Positions 18,395-28,243 of a DNA stretch of 64,000 nt are shown here, piece after piece (the stretch's first letter is position 1; each line of letters starts with the position of its first letter). The notes under the pieces are model-generated. The model was given only the letters and a program-made list of their open reading frames with translations, was not told the origin of the DNA and made no database searches. The stretch is from Candidatus Zhuqueibacterota bacterium (lineage in GTDB: Bacteria > Zhuqueibacterota > Zhuqueibacteria > Thermofontimicrobiales > Thermofontimicrobiaceae): positions 65,888-129,887 of the forward strand of contig JBMOPW010000012.1 in the NCBI GenBank assembly GCA_049322915.1, in the 5' to 3' direction. The translations under genes and the position numbers were made by a program.

Positions 18395-19033
18395 TCAGTA
18401 CCCCGCAGTTGAATTGGCGTAAATCCAGTTGCCTTCCATTTGAAAACTCACGGCTGGTTGATTCCTTACATTGGAAATTTCAGAACTGACAATACTCAGG
18501 TTTTCAACATAGTCAGAGAAAACGCCGCGCTGCTGCAACAGATCATTGAAGGCATTTAAATAATGCAAATCAGGATGGGACGACTGCAAGAAATACGCCC
18601 CCCGAATCGTGAACTTCCGAACGGCCGACTGCGCCTTTGCTGCCTGCTTTTTGGGCTTCTCCCCCTCCAATGACATCTCTTCCAGCCATATCCGCTCCGG
18701 CACTATTTTGGCAACCGAAAAAAGCTTGTCCGCCAGAACCAACGGCGACATTGTATTTTCCTCAATGGCTTGCAATCCCTGTTTGTATTCCTGGATTGTC
18801 AAAAACAGATTTTTCAGTCGCTCCATGTTCGGCTGAATTTTCCGAATATCTCTTTCAATTCGGGATGCATCCTGCTCATAGGTCACTTTGATGAATCTGT
18901 TCACCTGATACGACTGGAAGATCATGTACAAAGAAAAAAGCCAAATGCAGATGTAGCTGATTGTGATGATCAGTTTGATCCGTTTGCTTTTCTTTTTCAG
19001 CGATTGCTTTTGCAGAAAATTTATCTTAATCAT
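18395..19033 (-). CDS. PilN-like protein
   Basis: N-terminal INFL motif, TM, coiled coil, VPERIWL. Confidence 0.8.
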   Translation of the reverse strand: MIKINFLQKQSLKKKSKRIKLIITISYICIWLFSLYMIFQSYQVNRFIKVTYEQDASRIERDIRKIQPNMERLKNLFLTIQEYKQGLQAIEENTMSPLVLADKLFSVAKIVPERIWLEEMSLEGEKPKKQAAKAQSAVRKFTIRGAYFLQSSHPDLHYLNAFNDLLQQRGVFSDYVENLSIVSSEISNVRNQPAVSFQMEGNWIYANSTAGY

Positions 19034-19259
19034 TTTCGTTTTTGAAAAATAATTCAGCCTGGACTATCCGACTCTACTAAATAGTCAGGGAAAGAATCCT
19101 CAATCTGGGTTGCCGTTTACCTATTGTTGCCATTTTTAAATATGGTCAACGCGGCGACCGAGGAACGCTGCCCGGGCGCATGAACAGAATCCGATTGACT
19201 TTTCGAATCCGTCAGGATTGTTCACACCCCATTGCAAAAAGTCCCGGCCAGCAGCGTGA

Positions 19260-20339
19260 TCATGCCCAATCATCGCGAAGCGCCGTCCCCAGGCAGACCG
19301 GTAGCTGGTACTTAAATTTTTCTATCACATCGGCGTTGTTACGCGCCCAATTCACGTTCAGGTATTTCAACGGAGTCCAGTGATTGATTGGGAATTCCAA
19401 ATACTCGCGCATGATTGAGAGCATACTCTGCAATTTCGTGCTGCCGCCGGTTAAATAGATCGCGTCGATCTGCTCCGCATTTGTCTTTGTCTGAAAAAAC
19501 TTGATGAACTGATCCAGCTCGCTGCAAAAACGTTTGAATGCTTCGAGCAAATTATCGCGCAGAGTGTACCACTGCTGAACCTGAAATTTTTTAATAAGTT
19601 GGGATAGGTTAGTCGACCGCTTAATATGCTCCGCCTCCAGATAGGACAGGTTCAAATTTTCCTGCATCGTTTTATTGATTGTCGATCCGCCGAACTCCAG
19701 GTTTCGGAAGTAAATATTGCCATCCGGATGGAACGCCACGCAATTAGTCGAATAGGCGCCCACGTTGACAAGTATACTGGACGTCGATTTTTTGGTATCA
19801 TTAAAAAATTCATAACAATTGTAGAGCGAGAGGCAATCCAGTTCCACGATACCCGGCTCCATGCCGGCATTGGAAAAGATGCTGAGGTATTTGCCTAACC
19901 GATCCCGTTCCGCTACCGCCAGAATGATTTGCCGCTGGCGTTGAGCGCTATTTTTTAGAGGAATGGGATAATAATCCAGCTCGACTTTCTCCAGTTCCCA
20001 GGGCACAATTGCTTTGAGCTGCCACTGAATTGCCCGCATTATTTCGCTGTGCGATACATCTGGAATTTCCAGGTTGTAGAGATAGGTCGATGGTCCGGAC
20101 AGGCTAACATTGATTTTTTCTTTTTTAATATCAAGCTCATACTTCAATTCTAAAAGGATATCGCTGATAATGGTATTGTTAAGCTCATCCGGATGCCGGA
20201 TATGGCCTTCATCGTACAAATCAATCGCCCGGAAAAATTCCAGAACCGGGGATTTCATGGTCTGTTTTATCCCAACAATTTTGATCGAGCTGGAACCGAT
20301 ATCAACTCCAATATTCAATTTGTTTTTGAAAATAGACAA
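19260..20339 (-). CDS. pilM: PilM actin-like pilus assembly protein
   Basis: IGVDIGSSSIK, VNVGAYSTN, IYLTGG, GTALR. Confidence 0.88.
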   Translation of the reverse strand: MSIFKNKLNIGVDIGSSSIKIVGIKQTMKSPVLEFFRAIDLYDEGHIRHPDELNNTIISDILLELKYELDIKKEKINVSLSGPSTYLYNLEIPDVSHSEIMRAIQWQLKAIVPWELEKVELDYYPIPLKNSAQRQRQIILAVAERDRLGKYLSIFSNAGMEPGIVELDCLSLYNCYEFFNDTKKSTSSILVNVGAYSTNCVAFHPDGNIYFRNLEFGGSTINKTMQENLNLSYLEAEHIKRSTNLSQLIKKFQVQQWYTLRDNLLEAFKRFCSELDQFIKFFQTKTNAEQIDAIYLTGGSTKLQSMLSIMREYLEFPINHWTPLKYLNVNWARNNADVIEKFKYQLPVCLGTALRDDWA

Positions 20340-20349
20340 CGTCTTCGCC

Positions 20350-21366
20350 TTAATTTATCATTCGCCAGGTCCCATATTTTTCAATCTGATACCAATCTTT
20401 ATCCTCGGCTGACTCGAAACCAGGGGGATAGGAATAATATTTTCTTGACCCTAAATCCCAGATAAGCGTCAGCGACTTTAAACTTATGGTCGGCGCGACC
20501 AACGGCCCTGTTGAATAATTGGTTTTGAGCTCCAGAAACGACGATGCATAAATTGCCCCGAACACAGCGACTCCGGATAACAATCCTTCGCTCTGGGAAT
20601 ATACCGAATCGCCAGCAACAATCGCCGGATAGTAACTGGCGCATGACGGCATGAGCGCCGAGGAAACAATGGCAGTCCCGGTCAGCCGGACGCTCCCTGT
20701 GGCGATGATAGTGCCATTCACCAACGCAGCATTGCTCACGATGGCGTCGCCATCGACATAATGAATGCCGGAAGCAACCGTCCCCTGAAATATTTTGTCG
20801 CCGGAATAATGGTAATTGGCGATGGTGTTCCAATAGTTGAAATCGACGGTCGGGAAGTCCGAACAGCGTTGTGCGCTGTGACCATTGGTGCAAATCGTGA
20901 TCGTCCCCCAGCCGCTGCTCATATTGTCGTAACTGATGATATGCCGGAAAGGATGATCATGCTCCAAAACGACTTCAATGGTTCGCTCCATATCGCCGCT
21001 GTAGCCTGTGGCAGTGAGTTGGTACGTCGTTGAATCGTACGTCACTGCATGCTCCTGAGAGGTGAACGTTCCGGCCCAGTCGCCAGCATGGTTGATCCGC
21101 CAGATAGCCAGCTTGATTCCTCCCTGGGCCAGGTAAAACGCCTGACTGCGTTGTTCGAAATGGATTGTTTGAATCCCTTCGAGGGAAGCCAGATGCAGAA
21201 TGGCAATTCCCAGAATTGTCATGATGAAGAAAAAGACCATCACCATCTGCAGGATGTATCCGGATTCATTGCTGCAGATGGTTTTTAAACGAAATCCGGC
21301 TGGCGGATTATTTCGATTCAACTGCTTCATCGGACCAATCCAATCATGCAAGTCACTTTCGTCCAT
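20350..21366 (-). CDS. PilX/GspK-like minor pilin
   Basis: G|YILQM prepilin site lacking E5; QAFYLAQGGI motif; true start may be downstream. Confidence 0.75.
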   Translation of the reverse strand: MDESDLHDWIGPMKQLNRNNPPAGFRLKTICSNESGYILQMVMVFFFIMTILGIAILHLASLEGIQTIHFEQRSQAFYLAQGGIKLAIWRINHAGDWAGTFTSQEHAVTYDSTTYQLTATGYSGDMERTIEVVLEHDHPFRHIISYDNMSSGWGTITICTNGHSAQRCSDFPTVDFNYWNTIANYHYSGDKIFQGTVASGIHYVDGDAIVSNAALVNGTIIATGSVRLTGTAIVSSALMPSCASYYPAIVAGDSVYSQSEGLLSGVAVFGAIYASSFLELKTNYSTGPLVAPTISLKSLTLIWDLGSRKYYSYPPGFESAEDKDWYQIEKYGTWRMIN

Positions 21367-21864
21367 CTAATTTCTGAAACGATACTGACAGGAATTCGAA
21401 AGTGTGTACCCACCGAGATAGCCTGTCATGCTCACCTGAATGACATTGCTGCTATTGGAAAAAGTCAGGCCGGACACCATATCGGTCAATAAAACCTGGG
21501 CTGTCTCCGTTTTCTTTTTAACTAACAGACTGCTGCTCTGTTTATAAATATAGTAGCCCTCTGTTGCCGAGTATTCTACATAAATACAGGACCCGGAGCC
21601 ACTGATGATGCCTCCGTATTGCGTATAAATAGCATAGCGGCTCAAGTCGCTCTCGCGGATCCGCTTCCCGATCAATTCGAACGCGAAATTCATCTCCTGC
21701 TGAAGCACCGCTTTTTGAGTCGCTTTCTCGAAGAAACGGTACGAGCTCACAAGGATTATCCCGGCGCCAATGGCGATAATTGAGGAAATAACCATCACAT
21801 TCATCAACTCGATGAGCGTAAATCCGGCCTCATTCCTCTGCCTGCTTTGTTCAATGCATGTCAT
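21367..21864 (-). CDS. Minor pilin (PilW-like)
   Basis: G|FTLIEL class III signal peptide. Confidence 0.85.
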   Translation of the reverse strand: MTCIEQSRQRNEAGFTLIELMNVMVISSIIAIGAGIILVSSYRFFEKATQKAVLQQEMNFAFELIGKRIRESDLSRYAIYTQYGGIISGSGSCIYVEYSATEGYYIYKQSSSLLVKKKTETAQVLLTDMVSGLTFSNSSNVIQVSMTGYLGGYTLSNSCQYRFRN

Positions 21865-22358
21865 GATGCTAAGAATAACCGATTTGGATAAAAGATTGTC
21901 TCAAGCACGACCGATTGGGTATCCGATTTAATCCAAAAAATTTCAACTGTCACACGTTTATAATCGATGAGATTCAGGTCGTCGTCGTTCACGCCCAGGC
22001 CATCCAATGAATCATCCACTGAGATCATCGCTGTCGTTCGAAACGCAGCAGTCGATCCCAGCAGAATCGATGTGGCCGTTTCTGCCTGTCCGCTCAACTG
22101 GTCGTAGTTCAACCCGGTCAGGTATTCCATCCGCTCGATGGCTTTATTGACAGCCAATCGTCTGACTGTTGCCCGGTCAGTTTTCATGTTTCCACCATAA
22201 AAAAAAGCGCCACCGGCAACCATGACGACAAAGAAAATGAACATGGCAATCGTTGCTTCAATGAGCGTCGCACCGCTCTGGAGTTTCAGTCGATTCCAGA
22301 AGATGGACATGTCCGCATTTTCAATGAATTTCGACCAGGCGCCCTTCAAAATCCACAT
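21861..22358 (-). CDS. Minor pilin (PilV-like)
   Basis: G|ATLIE prepilin motif; KRVTVEIFW; start could be 22310. Confidence 0.78.
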   Translation of the reverse strand: MWILKGAWSKFIENADMSIFWNRLKLQSGATLIEATIAMFIFFVVMVAGGAFFYGGNMKTDRATVRRLAVNKAIERMEYLTGLNYDQLSGQAETATSILLGSTAAFRTTAMISVDDSLDGLGVNDDDLNLIDYKRVTVEIFWIKSDTQSVVLETIFYPNRLFLAS

Positions 22359-22563
22359 GACTTTATTCCGGTTGTAACATGTATGTTTTATCTAACTTGT
22401 TCGAATCGAATACAATAAAGTCTTGAATAACATTGCATACCGAAAACGTTGACGCGAAGATAATCCGGTCCCAAGTAACTCCAGGCATCCGAACGACATA
22501 TTGGGCATTGAGCCTGTTTATCCCACGCCAATCAACACAAGGCAGATGCCTATTGATGAAACA

Positions 22564-22636
22564 GTAATTCAGGCTCTGCAAATGTACATAATATTTTGAG
22601 TTCTGTCTTGTACATATTATCCGCAGAGCCTGTTAC
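22564..22636. terminator. Long hairpin downstream of major pilin gene
   Basis: CAGGCTCTGC/GCAGAGCCTG outer stem and ATGTACA/TGTACAT inner stem; no U-tract. Confidence 0.45.
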
Positions 22637-22760
22637 ACTTCAATCAACACAGCACCCCCTTTCAGATGAAAGTATACTGAGCCGAATTACCTCATGCAGG
22701 TTGCGCATGCAACGCCGATGGTTCTCGGGCGAGATTGGTTCGCATAAAATATTTTAATAA

Positions 22761-23180
22761 TTATTCCGATGCTAACACTGAATCCGCCATGACACCACTG
22801 GTATTCATTGAACGAATTGGAAGAGTCCCGGCGCCATCATCGGCTTTGATAATATAACCAACTCCGGCAGCGCTTTTGTAATAATAATATGAATCGTCAT
22901 AATATTTACCAGTCAAATCCGTTATATCCAGATCGATGCCGCTGATGCTTGTAACATTCGCAAAAGACGCGCTCGTCGGATACGTGGAGTTTGCTGCATA
23001 ATAAACTCTCAGTGAAGTTCTGATTGTGCCCAGGGTTGCTTCCGCCTCACTTGCTTTGGCTTTATTCACATTCGCCTGGTAAATTGGAACGGCTACAGCA
23101 GCCAGAATTCCAACAATGACGACCACAATCATCAACTCCACCAATGTGAAGCCTTGTTCACTTTCCTTTGTTTTACGCAT
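22761..23180 (-). CDS. Major type IV pilin (PilA/PilE-like)
   Basis: MRKTKESEQG|FTLVELMIVVVIVGILAAVAVP; GGAGGT RBS before 23180 (start corrected from ORF track). Confidence 0.93.
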   Translation of the reverse strand: MRKTKESEQGFTLVELMIVVVIVGILAAVAVPIYQANVNKAKASEAEATLGTIRTSLRVYYAANSTYPTSASFANVTSISGIDLDITDLTGKYYDDSYYYYKSAAGVGYIIKADDGAGTLPIRSMNTSGVMADSVLASE

Positions 23181-23253
23181 TGAAGATACCTCCAATAAAT
23201 TAATAATAGATAATTGAATTATACCTGGATTAACTATAACAATCGAAACGCTT

Positions 23254-24498
23254 TCATCGCACGGCCCCGGACATCTGGAAAATTGGCAGGTACAGCGCAA
23301 TGACAACCACTAGCGCCAGGATGCCCAGTCCGATCATCATCGCCGGTTCAATAATGGAAGTGAGGCTGGATATGGTCGATGAAAATTGTCGGTCATAAAA
23401 TTCCGATACCTTGCCCAGCATCTTATCCAGCGCCCCGGATTCCTCTCCCACAGCGACCATCTTGATCACAATTCTGGGAAAGAGCTGCTGTTCATTGAGC
23501 ATGTCCGAGATACGCGCCCCTTCCATAACCCCTTTTCGCACGCGCTGAATGGCCTCCTGTACAACAATATTATCGGCAGTTTCTCCCGCAATCTGAAGTG
23601 CTTCGATGATGGCAACGCGGCTCATTGTTAAAGTTTTTAACGTTTTGCAGAATCGGGAAATGAGCGATTTGAGCATCAGTTTGCCAACGACCGGAATGCC
23701 AAGCTTCAATCGGTCGATAAAAAATCGGCCATTGGGCGTTTTCACAGCATATTTGTAAAGGGCAACCAATAACGCAATCACAGCTAGTTCGTAAAATCCA
23801 TTCCGCTTGATCGCATCGCTCGCATCGAGCAGAATTTGCGTTGGTCGCGGGAGTTCGTTACCCAGGCTGGCGAAAATAGCTTTGAACTTGGGCATCAACC
23901 CAAAAATCACGGATAGCACCACTGCGCCAAAAAACAGAAAGGCAAATTTTGGGTAGGCCATGGCCGATTTTATTTGCTTTTTGATCTGATCTTCTTCTTC
24001 CAGGTAATCCGAAAGCTGCGCCAACAATGGCGCCAGGCCTCCGCCGCTCTCTGCCGCTTTCGACATGGCTACCGCCAATCGGGGGAAAGTCCGGGGATGC
24101 CGACCCAGTCCATCTGAAAAAGTCATCCCGCCCTGAATGTCAGTTTTAATCGTCCGAATGATGCCTTTGAATGACTGATTTTCGATCTGATCTTCCAGAA
24201 TATCCAGGGCGTCGACTAACTGAATGCCCGCATCGATCATGGTCGAGAGTTCCCGGAAAAAAATGATGATATCATCGTTCTTCACCCTCTTATTGGATTC
24301 CGATTTTTCCTTGCTCGCCTTCAATTGATCCGGGCGCGCTTTTTCCGCCCAGATGATTCGGATTCCTTTCTGCTCCAGCACTCGGGTGAGAATGAATCGA
24401 TTGTCCGCGAACTCAATGCCCTTGACATTGCGGCCATTTCGGTCGATCCCTTTATATTGAAATGCTTCCATCCATGCCCTGCTATTAGAAAATATCAC
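23254..24498 (-). CDS. Inner-membrane platform protein PilC/GspF
   Basis: FFRELSTMIDAG, AAESGG, VGEESGALD, IIEP; start may be 24471. Confidence 0.94.
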   Translation of the reverse strand: MIFSNSRAWMEAFQYKGIDRNGRNVKGIEFADNRFILTRVLEQKGIRIIWAEKARPDQLKASKEKSESNKRVKNDDIIIFFRELSTMIDAGIQLVDALDILEDQIENQSFKGIIRTIKTDIQGGMTFSDGLGRHPRTFPRLAVAMSKAAESGGGLAPLLAQLSDYLEEEDQIKKQIKSAMAYPKFAFLFFGAVVLSVIFGLMPKFKAIFASLGNELPRPTQILLDASDAIKRNGFYELAVIALLVALYKYAVKTPNGRFFIDRLKLGIPVVGKLMLKSLISRFCKTLKTLTMSRVAIIEALQIAGETADNIVVQEAIQRVRKGVMEGARISDMLNEQQLFPRIVIKMVAVGEESGALDKMLGKVSEFYDRQFSSTISSLTSIIEPAMMIGLGILALVVVIALYLPIFQMSGAVR

Positions 24499-26161
24499 TG
24501 AACGAAGTGAACGCGACCCGGAAGACCTCCTCCAGCGTTGTCACGCCCTCACTCACTTTTTCGAGGCCATTTTCCACAAGGGATTTCATCCCCATTCGGC
24601 GCACTTCCTTGCGTAGCTCGTTTTCTTCAACATCCTTAGAGATCAATGTTTTCAATTGATCTGTCAAAAATACAAATTCATAAATAGCAATTCGCCGTTT
24701 GTAGCCGGTATTGCCGCATAGCCGGCAACCGGTCCCCCTATAAAATCGAATAGTTTCATCCAGGTCAGCATTCAGCCGATGGTAGCGAGCCATAACCTCA
24801 TTCGAGGGAGTGTATTCTATTTTGCACTGGGGACAAATCTTGCGCACCAGCCGCTGACTCAGGACCATCCGTATGGATGCGGTCAATAGAAATTTGTCGA
24901 TACCCATATCCACCAGCCGCATGATGGATGCGACCGCATCATTTGTATGCAGCGTGCTCAAAACCAAATGTCCGGTGAGCGAAGCGCGGATGGCAATTTC
25001 AGCCGTTTCAAGGTCGCGAATCTCGCCCACCATCACAATATCCGGGTCCTGGCGCAAAATCGACCGCAGCCCGGAGGCGAACGTCAACCCGATTTGCGGC
25101 TTCACCTGCACCTGATTGATCCCGTGCAGCCGGTACTCCACCGGGTCTTCCACGGTGATAATATTCAAATGCGGGCGACTGATGTATTTCAGCGCTGAAT
25201 AAAGGGTGGTGGTTTTACCGCTGCCAGTGGGGCCGGTCACCAGCACCATGCCGTTGGGCATCTCCAGAATTCGTTTGAAGTTGTCCCGCATTTGCTCTGA
25301 AAAACCGAGATCATCGATATTCAAGAAATTGCCGCTCTGGTCCAGCAATCGCAGCACGACTTTTTCGCCGTAGATCGTGGGCAGCGTCGAAATGCGAATA
25401 TCCACACTGCGGCCCAGCATTTTAATTTTGCAGCGACCATCCTGCGGGACTCTTCGCTCCGCAATATCAAGATCGCCCAATATTTTTATTCTTGAAATGA
25501 TACCATTCTGCATCTTCTTCGGCGGCGGTGGAACGATTTCCCGCAGCATGCCATCGATTCGATACCGCACACAAATCGTGTTTTCCTGAGGTTCGATATG
25601 AATATCACTGGCGCCATCCCGAATCGCCTGCAGCAGCGTGAGATTGACGAACCGAATGGCCGGAGCGTCGTTGGCCTGTATCCGCAGCATTTCCACATCG
25701 GACTCGTCCTCCTGCAGATCATCTTCCACCTCAAAATCAACAATCTCCTGGAGGCTCTGCTCAATGGAGCCTTTGTGGCTATACAATCGCTCCAGGCAGT
25801 CGTTTATCCCCTTTGCCGGATAAAAAAACGGATTGACGTCGCAGCCGGTCTTTCGTTTGACCACATCCCTCGCCTCGAGATCAAAAGGATTCGCCATGGC
25901 CAGATCAAGCACATTGTCATTTCGCTCCATGGGAATGACCGACAACTGGAAAGCGATCTCCTCTGAAATTAAATTCAGCAGATTCTGGTCGATCGCCTTG
26001 TCATCGATATAATCGATTTGCGGGATTTTCGCCTGTTTCACCAGCTTCTCTAAAAACGCAGCCTGTTCTTCTTCAGGCACAACCACGACAGAATGATTTT
26101 CGGTTGCTTTGTTCTTAGGCGCGGAACGAGGCGTCAATGCTTTTCTGAAAAATTGGGCCAT
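24485..26161 (-). CDS. Assembly ATPase PilB/GspE
   Basis: ASDIHIEP, PQDGR, GPTGSGKTTT, EDPVE, LRQDPD, TGHLVLSTLHTN, tetracysteine motif. Confidence 0.96.
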   Translation of the reverse strand: MAQFFRKALTPRSAPKNKATENHSVVVVPEEEQAAFLEKLVKQAKIPQIDYIDDKAIDQNLLNLISEEIAFQLSVIPMERNDNVLDLAMANPFDLEARDVVKRKTGCDVNPFFYPAKGINDCLERLYSHKGSIEQSLQEIVDFEVEDDLQEDESDVEMLRIQANDAPAIRFVNLTLLQAIRDGASDIHIEPQENTICVRYRIDGMLREIVPPPPKKMQNGIISRIKILGDLDIAERRVPQDGRCKIKMLGRSVDIRISTLPTIYGEKVVLRLLDQSGNFLNIDDLGFSEQMRDNFKRILEMPNGMVLVTGPTGSGKTTTLYSALKYISRPHLNIITVEDPVEYRLHGINQVQVKPQIGLTFASGLRSILRQDPDIVMVGEIRDLETAEIAIRASLTGHLVLSTLHTNDAVASIMRLVDMGIDKFLLTASIRMVLSQRLVRKICPQCKIEYTPSNEVMARYHRLNADLDETIRFYRGTGCRLCGNTGYKRRIAIYEFVFLTDQLKTLISKDVEENELRKEVRRMGMKSLVENGLEKVSEGVTTLEEVFRVAFTSFSDIF

Positions 26162-26230
26162 AAAATTATATAGCTCGGAATTGAAGGATAGTGTTCTTCC
26201 AGGTAAAATTGAAGGAGCTCATCAGTATCT

Positions 26231-26257
26231 ATATCGGAAGATATTTATTAAAATTTA
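26231..26257 (-). promoter_or_regulatory. sigma28-like promoter for type IV filament operon
   Basis: Minus strand TAAA-N15-TCCGATAT, 70 nt upstream of the ATPase start. Confidence 0.65.
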
Positions 26258-26448
26258 GAAAAAAAGCAGCCTGTGGGGAAATTTTCTTGGCGTGTGAGGA
26301 GAAAACTCACAGTGCAAAAACGGATTCACCGGGTAACTATCAACGGAATGCAGCTCGCTTTGATGAAAGCGTTCTTTGTGGAAAATGGATGGTGGAATGG
26401 CGATACCAGAATCGGCAGAGTCTGAAAAATAGCGTCAACGACAGCGAC

Positions 26449-27072
26449 TCAAAACAACGGAAGCCACGGCCGCGGGATAATTTTTATCGAAACGCCCATG
26501 TATTCACGGATGTAATTTCGGCGATTGGGGAATGAATATCTGTATTCAATCTCGCTCTCAAAATGGCTGCGCGGCCGTCTGAACCAACGGACACTTACGA
26601 ACGGCGCTGGCCGCCAGTAGCTCTTTTGTCGTACCGGATTATCAGTGTGGTCACCATTCGAATCACCCGAATCGATGACTTCAATGCCAAAATATCTTCT
26701 CAGATTCATCGAAAGGCCAACGTCCTCCAGAAATCGAAGCGCGGGACTGTAATAAAAAGCGCGCGCCCTGGCTTTAATGATGCCCAACTGAGGATGGTTG
26801 AATTCGACGTCCACAAAAGCGCCATCCCGAAGCCACGGCCCCATTCGACGAAAATCTTTTTTTGGTAATACGATTGCATTTCGGTGGTCATACTTTCTGC
26901 TTTGCTTGAGCTGGTCGAAAATCTTTCTATCAAAAATATTACATGAGGTGTAATACAGCTCGTGCGAGAAGAGTGAAATCGCGGCCCGCATTACGAAAAA
27001 TGCGAAGGCAGCCGCCGCAATGACCAGAAATACTATTTCCAAAAAGTTTTTAATTGTGTAAACCGGTTCCAT
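26449..27072 (-). CDS. Hypothetical membrane-anchored protein (possible double-psi beta-barrel)
   Basis: 207-aa ORF, N-terminal TM; pattern resembling the CDC48 N-domain. Confidence 0.6.
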   Translation of the reverse strand: MEPVYTIKNFLEIVFLVIAAAAFAFFVMRAAISLFSHELYYTSCNIFDRKIFDQLKQSRKYDHRNAIVLPKKDFRRMGPWLRDGAFVDVEFNHPQLGIIKARARAFYYSPALRFLEDVGLSMNLRRYFGIEVIDSGDSNGDHTDNPVRQKSYWRPAPFVSVRWFRRPRSHFESEIEYRYSFPNRRNYIREYMGVSIKIIPRPWLPLF

Positions 27073-27269
27073 CGGGTCAATCGAAATTTTAATTCAGTTT
27101 TATTCGCTGAAAAACACCATGATGTTCTTAATGGCAGGGTGAGGCATCATGGCTTTTTTCTGTTACGCGGCAGGTACGTGGAGCGATTTCTACTCATGTC
27201 GCCCCAGCATGCCCGATGATTCGTGAATTGTCGAGCCAATATACTAATTTACTCCCTATTAGTCAATAA

Positions 27270-27308
27270 AAAAAAGCGGCACCTTATCAAGTAGTGTGCC
27301 GCTTTTTT
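27270..27308. terminator. Intrinsic (bidirectional-type) terminator after second pilin
   Basis: AAAAAAGCGGCAC...GTGCCGCTTTTTT. Confidence 0.85.
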
Positions 27309-27330
27309 GAACGAGGGAGAAAACAAAGAT

Positions 27331-27762
27331 TTAAATCACGGAGCACGCTAACACAACACCATCTTGACGAATTTCACGGTTCAGGGAACTCTCTTTTTCA
27401 TTGGAAACGATCGCTTTTAAAATATACTTTTGACCATCGTCTGTGCTTCGGTAAATATAATCCGTTGAATGATAATTTTTCCCATCCAGTTCCATCGGGT
27501 CAATCTCTAATTCGGGTATCAAACAGACGCATGTAAATTTTTCGACGACTGGAAATTTTCCGTTCTCTTCGTAGTAGGAATTCAGCAGACTTTGTATGGT
27601 CTTTAACGTTACTTCAGCTTCATACGCTTTGGCTTTTTTCATATTACTATTGTACGCTGGCAGCGCTACTGACGCCAGTATTCCGATGATGACAAACAGG
27701 ATAAATAAATCAAGCAGTGAAAAACCCCCATTGAAAAAAGTTTGACGTTTCATTGCAATCAC
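27331..27762 (-). CDS. Stand-alone type IV pilin paralogue (Asp at +5)
   Basis: G|FSLLDL...GILASVALPAY...KAKAYEAE; aligns by eye with the pilin at 22761-23180; GAGG RBS. Confidence 0.85.
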   Translation of the reverse strand: MIAMKRQTFFNGGFSLLDLFILFVIIGILASVALPAYNSNMKKAKAYEAEVTLKTIQSLLNSYYEENGKFPVVEKFTCVCLIPELEIDPMELDGKNYHSTDYIYRSTDDGQKYILKAIVSNEKESSLNREIRQDGVVLACSVI

Positions 27763-27861
27763 CTCGCTCTTTCAATGTTTCATTTGCTACTCTAATAATA
27801 CATTTTCAGAGAATTGGCATCGTGATCTATCTCACATCGGACAGGTATCAACATTCATTCT

Positions 27862-27878
27862 ATCAAGTTTCATTCCAG
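27862..27878 (-). promoter_or_regulatory. Possible sigma54 promoter for second pilin (imperfect -12)
   Basis: CTGGAATGAAACTTGAT = GG-N10-GA instead of GC. Confidence 0.4.
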
Positions 27879-28243
27879 TTCAATGGCGCGGAATGATCGG
27901 GATTAATTCATTGAAAAACAGTCGATCAACTTTTTGCCATCAGTACCGAAATATGGGAAAGATTCATCAGTTATGGAGAAGATACTATGGAGTGAATTCC
28001 AGTTGAGTTCCTCTCACGAATCTTTCAGGATAAAAACCAATTCCATTATTATGGTATACCTGGTCCGAATGAAGGTTGTCATGAATCCCTGGTATATCAA
28101 AATTTACATTTGTTTTACATTCAGCTATTGACATTGTAACATTATTTCATCAAATTGGTTGTTGAATTTTATTATTTTTAAAGTACAATTCGCACCATTA
28201 ATTCACCCTCATTCTCAATCCAAATTTTAAAAGGAAAAGTAGC

